From positions 11,121,950-11,185,949 of the forward strand of contig NC_134026.1 of the NCBI RefSeq assembly GCF_964204645.1: a DNA stretch of 64,000 bases, read 5' to 3'. Shown in pieces: positions 12,842 to 23,469 of the stretch. A program made the translations under genes and the position numbers. Source of the stretch: Tubulanus polymorphus. Lineage: Eukaryota; Animalia; Nemertea. Below the pieces are notes generated by a model that saw only the letters and a list, made by a program, of their open reading frames with translations, was not told the DNA's origin and did not search any database. How positions within the stretch are numbered: the stretch's first letter is position 1; every line of letters starts with the position of its first letter.

Positions 12842-14398
12842 TCAGCTCAGGATAAATGGGATTAGATTTCTAGGCACTCTCATTTCAAATATTTCTGGAG
12901 CAATGACAACATTCCATAATTTCAAATTTTTTTCCATGATATCATTAATCAATTGGATATCGGGATAAATCTTTTCAACTGATGGTGGTCCTTTTGATGA
13001 CCAGAGAACAAAATCACACCATTTGAATCCAGTAACACCTAACTGATACTGGATTTGATGGTAATATTGATGGGAGTGTTTTAGCATTAACTTATCATTT
13101 TGGATTTTAAAACACGCTGACTGAAGAATCTTACTCTTGATGCTTCCATTCTCGTAATTCCTAACAAGATCTTCTACAGAAATACTTTCCAGAATCTTGA
13201 GGATCTTTATTTCGATTAACCCATAATTATTATTTTGTGAATCATAAACTAACCCGTCGGGACTACAGGCTAGTTGAGGGTAAGTGCGGGATACCCATAG
13301 CCCTGTCTTTGAGACCACGTAATGAGGATTAACGGAAGCGTAATCCAATCTGGCTTGATCTTCGAAGTCAATGCCTCTTTGCATGTAGCTAGTTGTTATC
13401 TGATCCAAATTCCAAATTTTCTTTTTGATGAAATTTGATACCCGTCTCAAGACAGCAGAAGACCAGCCACAGTGCGTGCTTGCGTCCCATATCATGACCG
13501 CTTCTTTGGCCGTTGAAGCTGTCATTCTCATATATCTATGGGAAATCCATGTTTCGGTAACTGATTGGTCCTCTGTATTGTCTATCATTATGGAATGTAA
13601 ATTTTCTAATTTTCCTGAGGGGGACAGGTTGTACTTCAATTGCCACAATAACTGGTGAAGTGTGTCTCGCCTGTCATCTGTCAAAAGGTAATCATTGTAC
13701 TTATAAATAAGTACAGTTTCCCACATACATTTGACATTTTTAGCCTGATTTGCCTTTTGCAAATCGCGCAGAAATCCGTTAATTGCTTCATCCGAAACAA
13801 TCCGTTGATTTAGAGGGCGTGGATCGAAGTTAATGACCGCATTTTCGCGAGTTGATTTCGTCGACTTATAAATGGCTTCATTAATACAAGATGGTCGTTT
13901 TTTTCTGCCTTTTTTCCACTGACATGGTAGGTCAGTACACGCCGGGCTGTTTTGTCCAACATAATCCGTAAGATTAAGTAGTAATGCAGCAATATGACTG
14001 CACCTACTTAAAGCTGATGCTTTACAGTGACAACTGGCATCACGGACAGCCCCACTTGCCATTGATAAGGTCACAGTAACACTATATTCAATGTCTTTCA
14101 TTGCTGCCTGTATAGTGGCTTTATAATGACAAACATCGCCTGATACTTTCACTTTGATCGGACTCACATTGTCTGATGACACATACTGACGTCCCCTTCG
14201 TAGTGATTTTTCAGTCACAATCCCTGTAGGGTTGCCATCATCATCATCATCATCCCCATCATCGCAAACACCAGTAACAGACAATGTTGGCATGGATTCC
14301 ACTAACCAGTGGTAAGTATGTCCATAATTGAATAGTGGTGGAAGTTCTAAATTAAAATCTTTCCATCCAGTAATCGGCAGAATCGTAAAATGTCGCAT
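12842..14398 (-). CDS. SWIM zinc finger + YqaJ/lambda-exonuclease-like PD-(D/E)XK nuclease (transposon accessory protein, main exon)
   Basis: SWIM CHCKASALSRCSH. YqaJ motifs RMTAS, MQRGIDFE, ACSPDG, IEIK, YYHQIQYQL..WCDF. The exon extends to an AG acceptor at 14501 with an in-frame TAG near 14427. Confidence 0.9.
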   Translation of the reverse strand: MRHFTILPITGWKDFNLELPPLFNYGHTYHWLVESMPTLSVTGVCDDGDDDDDDGNPTGIVTEKSLRRGRQYVSSDNVSPIKVKVSGDVCHYKATIQAAMKDIEYSVTVTLSMASGAVRDASCHCKASALSRCSHIAALLLNLTDYVGQNSPACTDLPCQWKKGRKKRPSCINEAIYKSTKSTRENAVINFDPRPLNQRIVSDEAINGFLRDLQKANQAKNVKCMWETVLIYKYNDYLLTDDRRDTLHQLLWQLKYNLSPSGKLENLHSIMIDNTEDQSVTETWISHRYMRMTASTAKEAVMIWDASTHCGWSSAVLRRVSNFIKKKIWNLDQITTSYMQRGIDFEDQARLDYASVNPHYVVSKTGLWVSRTYPQLACSPDGLVYDSQNNNYGLIEIKILKILESISVEDLVRNYENGSIKSKILQSACFKIQNDKLMLKHSHQYYHQIQYQLGVTGFKWCDFVLWSSKGPPSVEKIYPDIQLINDIMEKNLKLWNVVIAPEIFEMRVPRNLIPFILS

Positions 14399-14749
14399 TG
14401 GAGTCTGTTGACTCGTTAAATCACTCTATTTTTTTTCGTACCATTTTCCTTTGTCTATCTTGACATCAATTTCAACCCCCATGGCTAACGCTTCTTTGCA
14501 CCTGAAAACAGAAGATATTAAAAACAAGTTTTAACAACCGTTTTATATTTCATTTATGAATGTGTAAAATATTTTGGAAGGAAATTTGTTCAAAATGTTT
14601 CTAATCAGTGGATGCTCTGAATGAATATTTCAGTATAGGCCTATACCTCCTATCACTCCAAACTAAGTTATAAAACCCATCACTTTCTTCAAGTGTGATG
14701 GAATAGATAATAATGACATATATCATCAAAATATGTAAAAAGTACTTAC

Positions 14750-17108
14750 CGCTGGATAAGGTCTGCTCTTCTACCACCCCTTACAAAAAAATCACACATG
14801 TGATTTTTTTAAAAACACGTGTGATTCACATGTGTAAAAATGGGACATTATCACACATGTGATTCTGTATGTGAATCACACGTGTGATTCTGTATGTGAA
14901 TCACACGTGTGATTTTGTCCCATTTTTACACATGTGAATCACACATGTGATTCACATTCAAGCTGTATCACATGTGTGATTTTCTAAATCACACATGTGA
15001 TTTTGTCCCATTTTTACACATGTGAATCACACGTGTGATACAGCCCTGAATGTAAATCACACATGTCATATAACACAGTCATGTGTGATTTATAACGCAT
15101 GTGATCTGCAGTCATCCTCATTGTTCCAGCTCCACACGACTGTATTCAAGAAGAAGTATAAGTACACATTCATAATGGTCAAAATTTGACCACTTCCTTC
15201 ATTGGACATGATGTTTCATCCATACTTCACAATTTCCTAAAAACTCATTGCCTGAAAAGAGATCTGCATAGTGGCAAAACAAAATGAAGTTTCAAGATTA
15301 CCAACCAAATGTAATAACTCACTTGTGTAAGCTTACATGTTAATGGGAATTTTATTTTCAAATATTTACAGATTTACTTCGTCAATTTATACTGTTTCAG
15401 TATTGTCCAATCTTCTTTCTAATTTGGGCAGCGGTAACCCCCAATCTACAATTCAGAACATGATCTGGAATGAGACAAAATTATAAAACATTTAAATACT
15501 ACACACAATTCCAAACAATAAATCAATATCCCTAATATCAATCATCTGATGAAAAAAGCAATATCCCTAATATCAATCATCTGATGAAAAAAGCCAAAGT
15601 TACATTATTATGATAAGTGAAACTAGACGAAAAACGGCGCTATTGTAACACTAGCTTATAAATTTTTTCAATCAACACTTACCATAACATTAACAGGACT
15701 AAAAACCTCTTTTTCAGTAATTTGTTCCGGCTGAAAGTATACGTTTCATTCTCCGTGTAGATAAATTACTACTCGAGGAAATGTACTGACTCCCTAGATT
15801 AATAACGGAAAATTCCATTTTAATTTGTAAATGATTCATTCCAATGTAGAAAGAATTGGCAAATACTGTTCAATACCGGCTGAGCATTCAGTTTAGGAAT
15901 TATACAATATAGTATGCAAACGAGTATCTTATTCCTGGACATATCGTGATTTAAAAATAGTTCATGGTGTAATCTAGGCCTACTTGTTAGGCATGGACAT
16001 GTTGTACTTTGCATGCATCAATCATGAAATATTTGTAATGCATCAATCATGTCCATGAAATAAAGTTTTGATGAATTTGATTTAATTGATTGATTGGTAC
16101 ACGCCACTGATTTTACCGATTACAGTACATTCAATTAACATCATCGACTATGAATATTTGATGAAACACAATAATACTTGCTTTTGAGCTTGGATTCAAA
16201 CACCAGACTTTTCGAACTAAGAAATTAACCATGAAAATTGATTAGAAACAGCAACGACTATCCTCGAAATAATTGCAAATGGCGCCGTACGTGCCTGCAT
16301 GCTCATTCCAAGTCCTTTGCTAGCCGTCGTCAACGGTTCGAATCCCGTAAATACCTGCTAATTTTTCGAAGTCGTTTTTGAATAATTATATTTTCTTAGA
16401 ACTCAACAGCGAATGTAAAAACATATCATAACCTTATTTTATTTATTAAGCCGAATGAAAATACAAACTCACTAGTCCGTGGACATTGGTTCTTGGTTTT
16501 TGCACAGTAGGGTGTCAGTGTTAGATAAAATCTAACCATGTGTTGAAAATGTTGAAATAATGAGTACAGTTATGGAAATATTCTTATTCCAACATGGATT
16601 CTATGACTAAAATGCAGATGTTCAGAATTTGGAACCAACATGGGAATGGTTCATATCCGAAATATTCACACTGTGTTGTAGATTGGAATAACTGATGTTA
16701 ATCACATGTGTTATTCTAATGACACGTGTGATCCTAGCGGTTACACATGTGATCTGTGTTGTTGAGCCAATCACATGTGTGAATCACACATGTATTTCTC
16801 AATCACACATGTATTTCAGAATCACACATGTGATCATGTGTTATTCACACATGTGATATGCTCCACAACACAGATCACACATGTGATAGCTGGAATCACA
16901 TGTGTTTTCTGTGTCTTTCACACCTTTCACACATGTAATGTGTGTTATTCACACATATAACATGTGTGAATTTTTTGTAAGGGACTCAGAGGCCTCTACA
17001 TTCTAACCAGCGTTTTAACTGAACATTGGTGTGTTGCTCTATCTCTGCAGATAGTTTAGCACCCGGTACGTCATCTTCAGTTAATTTGATAATTTGAATT
17101 GAAGCCAT
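14750..17108 (-). pseudogene. Disrupted first exon (SAP domain) of the YqaJ gene, split by an inserted element
   Basis: ATG at 17108: MASIQIIKLTEDDVPGAKLSAEIEQHTNVQLKRWLECRGL | insertion 14778-16983 | (S)GRRADLIQR followed by a GTAAGT donor at 14749. Fits the SAP consensus L..L..RGL..SG.K..LI.R. Confidence 0.85.
14778..16983. mobile_element. Non-autonomous TIR element (EnSpm/CACTA-like), 2206 bp
   Basis: Termini CCCTTACAAAAAAATCACACATG ... CATGTGTGAATTTTTTGTAAGGG, 2-bp TSD AC, dense subterminal arrays of the palindrome TCACA(C/T)(A/G)TGTGA at both ends, no long ORF. CCC termini with a 2-bp TSD are known from animal EnSpm families. Confidence 0.85.
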
Positions 17109-18045
17109 TTTTAGTAATTAAATCGATTGTTCGTATGTGTACACTATAGAAATACTATGTCTTGCAGTGAAAGTTTGCCAGACATCCGGGAACTGCCACA
17201 CACGTGTGTACTTTAGCACTGGATAGTGACGTAGCTCTAACGCTGCGCTATTACAGCCTATTGCATTTCTTTCACATCTTAAGCCAAAAGAAGTTTTCTC
17301 TATCAAATGAAATTGCTGACTTCAAAATTACGTGAACATCTCAACACTGCACTTTTATACGCTAATCGTTTGATCTTTTATAATAAGTTGGTAATTTCAT
17401 TTCAACCAAACTGTATAACTACGAAATAAGATTTTGATTATGGTATCATTTCTAGCAAGCGATAAAATGATATTCATTAACGAACAAGCAGAGAACAGCG
17501 TGACAAAGTGAACATCACATGGATTACTTAAAAATCGTTTGTATCGAAATAAACATTCTAAGTATTTTAGATACATATTTTTCGTAATTCATTTTTTGCA
17601 CATATGATTTCATTTGTATATTCCTCTCTCATATACCCTTAAAAACAAATTAAGCCTATAAGACAAATTTATTTTTTTGTCTTGTCTTTCTTTTCTAATA
17701 AAATCAAAGATTTATGAACGCACCAGAATGTTTCATTAACGCAAATGTAAAACAAAAATCTTAAAATTCTAAGAATTCTAGGACTGGCTCTATACTTTAG
17801 TATTAATGGATTTAATCCATGATGATGTTATATGAATGAATAGTTTTCCATTTTGTTGAGCGTAATATAATTTAGGGGATTCTTAGCATCTCAAAAACTT
17901 TGATTTTCTATTCACAGAACTGTATTCAAAGCATACAGAGTTCTGTATACAAAGCATATAGGGTTTAACAGTACCTTTGAACCTGTCACGTATCACTGCC
18001 AATCTTTAACAGATGGTGCTATTTTGAACAGGAAATAACCATGCC

Positions 18046-18422
18046 ATCTCAAAATGGTCACTTTTCAATAGTTGACTTTTAGAAACGATGTGTTTTGAGA
18101 GTAGCTGCTATGGTAGGAGTTACTATCACTAAGTCACTGTTAACAGGCGGGTGGTTTTACAGTCACTTCTACTGCTAGTGTGCACTATCGAAACCAGATG
18201 TTTCAAAATGGTCACTTCTCAATAGTAGACTCTTCGAAACAGCCACTATAGAAAACCAACCGAATTGAAAGGAATACTATTCCAGAGTGACTGTTTTGAA
18301 ATGTATACTACTGAAAAAGTAGCCGATATCGTTAATTGCTTATTGTTCTCAAGTGGCTACTAAGTAAAAGTAGACGTTTGGGCTCAAAAGTGTGATAGAC
18401 ATGTTCTTGGATTCAGCCTTTC
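18046..18422 (-). repeat. Right terminal inverted repeat of ISL2EU-type element
   Basis: Reverse complement of 9208-9584; ends ...ggattcagcctttc. Confidence 0.95.
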
Positions 18423-18524
18423 ATATCGCGGAAAGACGGAATCGCGGAATTTTCCAAAAACGCGGAATTTCTTTATTTTTACTATATATAGTAAACGGGG
18501 TTTTCCCACGGGGATACCCACTTA

Positions 18525-21500
18525 CTATGCTCCTCTTACTATGATCTGGAAACTTTAAACCAACAGCATCCTTATGAAAACTCCGACTTTAAAATCCTGA
18601 ACCGGAACTGCAATGGACTTTTGAACAAACTCAACGATCTTCAAAACTTACTAAACATTCTAAATTCTGACTGTAAATTATCTTTTGACGCGATTGCAGT
18701 CCAAGAAACTAAACTCAACTCTATCACCGAACCTCAAAAATTATAATATTCTTCTAAAAAATTATAATTTCATCTCTGAACCTCGAAATTCCCATGGAGG
18801 TGGGATAGGTCTTTTCCTTTCTAAAACCTTTCAGTACAAAGAATGTAACTTCATCTCAAATCCAACAGATAATAATGTACAATGGAAATTCTACAAAATT
18901 TGGAAAAAAAATGAAAATCACGCACAGAAAATAATTGGAATAGTTTACAAACCCCCAGCATCAAACACCCATCAATTTTTACAAGCTTTGGAAACGGAAA
19001 TCGCTAAACTCAGTCCCTTGAATACAGATATCCTCATCTGTGGAGTCTATTGACCTGATAAAAACAAATCAAGAAAATTATAGCTCTCTTTTTTCGAATT
19101 ACTTAGCACAAACTCATTTACTCCACTCATTACCCTGCCAACTAGAGTCACTCACCGAAGTGCCACTCTAATTGACAACATATTTACTAACTCACATAAC
19201 TATTACTCGGGCATCCTTACAACACCACTCTCGGACCATTTTATCACTTTTGCGTGTAGTCACAGAACAAAACAAAAACCCAATAGTAAACAAACATACA
19301 CAAAAAATTTTATCAGTGAACAAGGATTTAACAATATGTGTGATAAACTCAGCGATATTGACTTCCCAACACTCCTAAACAACAACCTTTCAATAAACGA
19401 AACATTCGAATCATTTTCAGCGACCTTAAGCACAATAATTAATTCAGAAACCACTTAAAAAAACTGAAACAAAACAAATATAACACACCAAGAAGCCCAT
19501 GGATAACTAAAGGCATAATTCAATCGATCTACAACAAAGATAAAAAATACATACACCTAATGTCTATAAAAAATGAAATCCTACGTGCTATCGAACAACA
19601 CAACTTCAAAACATACAGAAACAAACTTAACTCAATCATTAGACTTTACAAAAAACTTCACTACCAAAAATCCTTAAAAATGGCAAACGGCAACATAAAA
19701 GACACCTGGAAAATCCTGAGGGAAGTAATCGGAAAAACTAACAATAAACAAGACATTACACACTCATTCAAAATTAACAACATTAAGATTACCGACCCAA
19801 TCAAAATTGCCAACTCTTTTAACAATCACTTCAATCAAATTGGTGAACATCTAGCAAATGAACTTCCCTTGTCTCAAATGCCATCTCAACACTACCTGAA
19901 CAATTTACCTAGATCCGACTCTAACTTCTTCCTCATGCCAGTGTGCGAAAGAGAAGTCATAGAAACTATAAATAATCTCAAAACAAAACACTCAAGTGGT
20001 CATGACAACATTTCCACATACACCCTACAGAGAATCATCAACCACATATCATACCCTCTAACTTGCCTTTTAAATCAATCCTTCTCAACAGGCAAATTCC
20101 CCGATTTACTTAAAATAGCTAAAATAACACCTTTACATAACAAAGGTGACATAAACCTGATCGAAAATTATCGACCCATTTCACTACTAAATTCACTTTC
20201 CAAAATCTACGAAAAACTTGTACATAGACGACTATCTAAATTCATTGACAAACACCTTTTTCCTAACCAATATGGTTTCCGACACAGCCATTCAACCGAA
20301 CATGCAATACTCGAACTCATAGACAGAATTTCTAACTCACTAAATAACCATGAATGGACAATAGGCATTTTCCTGGACCTTTCGAAGGCTTTTGACACTC
20401 TTAACCACGATATACTACTAGATAAACTTGAACACAACATTACGGCATCCGAGGAATAGCAAGAGATTGGTTTTCCTCATATCTTTCTAATCGTCAACAA
20501 TACGTTTCGTACAAATCCTACAACTCCTCTACACTATCCTCAAACATCGGTGTACCCCAGGGTTCCATCCTAGGTCCACTTCTCTTTCTAATTTACATCA
20601 ATGATATCTATGCCTCCACGGTAAACATGAAGTACATATTATTCGCTGACGATACAAATTGCATTGCTTCTCATACACACCTCAACACACTCATACAGTA
20701 TATTAATTATGACCTAAACATATTGAATGACTGGCTTATCGCTAAAAAACTAACCCCTAATCTGAACAAAACTAAATATATCATATTTCATAATTATCAG
20801 AGAAGACCATTCATAAACCACATACAACAAATCAAAATAGGCAACTTTGAACTTGCAAGAGTAAAACAAATAGATTTCCTCGGCTTGACAATACATGAAA
20901 ATCTGAACTGGAAACCACATATCGACAAAATACACGAGAAAATTTCACAAATTACTGGTATCATAAACAAAACTAAAAACATCCTAGACACACAAAATTT
21001 ACTTTCTCTTTACTACACCTTAGTCTATCCTCATTTGAACTATGGCTTGTTGGCTTGGGGCCACTCGCCTTATAATAAAAAATGCCTCCTAATCCAAAAG
21101 AAGATTGTTCGAATAATCACCAACTCTAAGTACACTGCACACACAGACCCACTTTTTAAAAATCTTGAAATCCTCAAAATCAATGATGTCCTCATCCTTA
21201 AAACTGCACTTTTTATTCAAAACACCATCAAATCTTCACCCCATTACTTTTCTAATTACTTCACCGCGGAAAACTTATCTCCTTTAGTCAACATCAGAAA
21301 AAGCATATATTTAGACCACGCATATTCTTTATTTTCAAAACAAACACCGCCAACCCCGCATCAAAATTCACCTCAAAACATTCTTTCAAACATCTGGCAA
21401 AAACTACCTTTTCCCAATGACATCCTACAAACAAGCAAACAAAATTTAAAACGTAAACTCAGACCATATCTCACCTCCACCTACAATGATATCCATCAAT

Positions 21501-21825
21501 GTAATAACCCTAACTGTTATAATTGCTCACTCTCCTGAACCCTCTAGCTTACTCATATATACTATCCTGTAATTATCAAAAATCATCAACTTTCATTTCC
21601 TTCTCCTTTATTTCTTCATTTCCCTTTCGTTTTTTTTCCCTGGGTGCGACAGCGGCCTAAAGGCTTTGCTTGGCCCACACTGAAAGCTACTGTTCTCTCT
21701 CTCTTTTTATAATTGTGCTTTGTTTAAAAAAATTGTAAATTTTATTGTTTGTTTTCTCTCAACCTGTGTACATAGCCTGTCATGCTTTCTGTGAAATAAA
21801 TTTGAACTTGAACTTGAACTTGAAC
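18525..21825 (+). mobile_element. 5'-truncated L2-group (Crack/Daphne-like) LINE with frameshifted APE-RT ORF2 and (TTGAAC)n tail
   Basis: APE motifs (IAVQET, GGGIG, IVYKPP, PTRVT...LIDNI, SDH). RT motifs [48 protein letters not shown] at ~21795 followed by a TTGAAC x4 tail. Confidence 0.92.
19560..21538 (+). pseudogene. LINE reverse transcriptase (two ORF pieces 19560-20459 and 20627-21538, joined by a frameshift near 20440)
   Basis: RT motifs are continuous across the frameshift: DKLEH../YGIRG...GVPQGSILGPLLFLIYIND...FADD. Confidence 0.9.
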
Positions 21826-22534
21826 GTGCTTTGCTAATTCAGTGATACAGAGTATCGCTGCATTAACTGAAGGAATACAGATCGATGGTACGTAAACGTA
21901 GGATTTGTGATGACACCATGGGTCATTCTCCAGGACTCATTTCCGAGTTAAGATTTGACTCTGGTCTCTGGATTTAAAACATTGGAAATGAATTGATTCT
22001 AAGAAACTGAGAGTTAACTCACAAATGTGGAACTGGATCGATGTCAGACGAAAATAAATAGACATTATGTATATTTCATTCTGGCTTAGGATTGTTCATG
22101 CGTGTTGTGTGTCTACATTGTTGTTATAAGCGAATGTGGTTTATCTTTTAGAATTAAATGATATGAAAGATTATAAAATGGTTTCGTTTTTTTAATGTTT
22201 ACTTTGTGACTGCTATAACATATATGTCCCTATGCTGATTATTTGGATCAAAAGAATCTTATTGGTACCGGTACTGGACGGCCGTAAAATTATAATAATT
22301 TCAAAGGAATTTGAACCGGTACTTGTTTGGTCGTAGGATTTCATGTTTGCAACCATCTACAACTACGGTCCGACACCGCGAACGTGCCCAATATTTATCT
22401 GATAATATTCGTTTCTGAAGTTCTCAAAAAGTCGATGAACTTCGATAACCGAAGTTTGCCTAGTAGAATAGACATTAGGTGCCTGGTCTCTTTCACCCCA
22501 CTTGATTCTGACTTCTTCTACAGGTGGCAGCCAG

Positions 22535-22693
22535 GGCCACCTTCGGTTATCTGAGTTAGTCGAGTATAGTCGAACTAAACGAAACCGAATGTCCGATAGT
22601 CGGAACTATATTCCGGAAATAGTTCGAAAATCAAGCGCATTCGGTTATTAGTTCTGACCACTAGTCGACTAGATACGAAAACCGAATTTGGCC
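22535..22693. mobile_element. Harbinger-type MITE (159 bp)
   Basis: TIR GGCCAccTTCGGTT ... AACCGAAttTGGCC, TSD CAG, internal inverted repeats. Confidence 0.7.
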
Positions 22694-22796
22694 CAGTCAA
22701 CGGTATCGTAATATAATAATTCCATATAAAATTGCCTGCAAATAATGGGATTCGAACCTAACTCGTTGCATCGATCGGTCCGGTGCCCTGTCCGAC

Positions 22797-22905
22797 AGTG
22801 GGTATCCCCGTGGGAAAACCCGTTTACTATTTAAAGTAAAAATGAAGAAATTCCGCGTTTTTGGAAAATTCCGCGATTCCGTCTTTCCGCGATATGACAA
22901 CACCG
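22797..22905 (-). repeat. Uninterrupted copy of the repeat that the ISL2EU element split (9194-9207 + 18427-18522)
   Basis: Reverse complement reads cggtgttgtcATATcgcggaaagacggaatcgcgg...ggatacccact, about 95% identical to the joined flanks of the ISL2EU element. Confidence 0.9.
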
Positions 22906-23372
22906 GTTGAATACTGCGTTATGTAAAATTTGCCTGTTTATCAATCGGTACCTATAGATATTTTGTAACCGCAATCAATGGCCAAATTGTAGACTATGGC
23001 ATGTTGTATGAATGCTTGCGTTGAATTTCAAAGACCATTTTGTATATGGTCACTAGGGGCGTTGAATAACTTCCATTTGAACTGTTTGAAGTACTTTCAT
23101 ATTCTATTGGTAACTAAGCATATTTTGTTACTACAATTACTTGGAAAATAGTAGCTCATGGAATGTTCTATGAGAGTTTCGAGGTCATTGCTTTCTAAAT
23201 TCGTTCACCAGGGGGGCTTTGAATAGCCAAATAACTTAGTATTTTCATATTGCAATGGTCGTTAGGCATAATTTGTAACCACAATCGATTACAAAATTGT
23301 AGCTCGTGACATTTTCTATGATTGTGGTGAGTTTCAAGGTCATTTTTCTTTCTTCATTTCTTCTCCAGAGGT
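22906..23372 (+). repeat. Degenerate ~120-bp tandem units of the DINE-1/HINE-like family
   Basis: Units resemble those at 43400-44040 (ggtcaccagggggcgttgaata...ttgtagctcatgacatgttctatga). Confidence 0.75.
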
Positions 23373-23469
23373 ATTGCCCTATTTCTGTGACATAGGCGTA
23401 AGGTTCTTCACCATACCATTGTACCGAGGCAGTGTCTTGAAATTAAATCATACTTTTCTTATTACAGCC

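Larger units (their letters stand above)
9208..18422. mobile_element. ISL2EU/IS4EU-type (PIF/Harbinger-related) DNA transposon, 9215 bp, two convergent genes
   Basis: 377-bp TIRs at 9208-9584 and 18046-18422 with about 4 mismatches. ATAT flanks both ends (9204-9207, 18423-18426). Encodes a THAP+DDE_Tnp_4 transposase (+) and a YqaJ lambda-exonuclease-like protein (-), the established ISL2EU layout. Confidence 0.93.

Noticed and set aside
12842-14398. YqaJ as evidence of phage or viral horizontal transfer
   Set aside because: The gene has an intron and sits inside TIRs with a Harbinger-type transposase, a known eukaryotic transposon arrangement.
14790-15110. Palindromic repeat array superficially like CRISPR or iterons
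   Set aside because: No constant repeat-spacer period. It is mirrored at 16700-16980 as subterminal repeats of a TIR element in a eukaryotic context.
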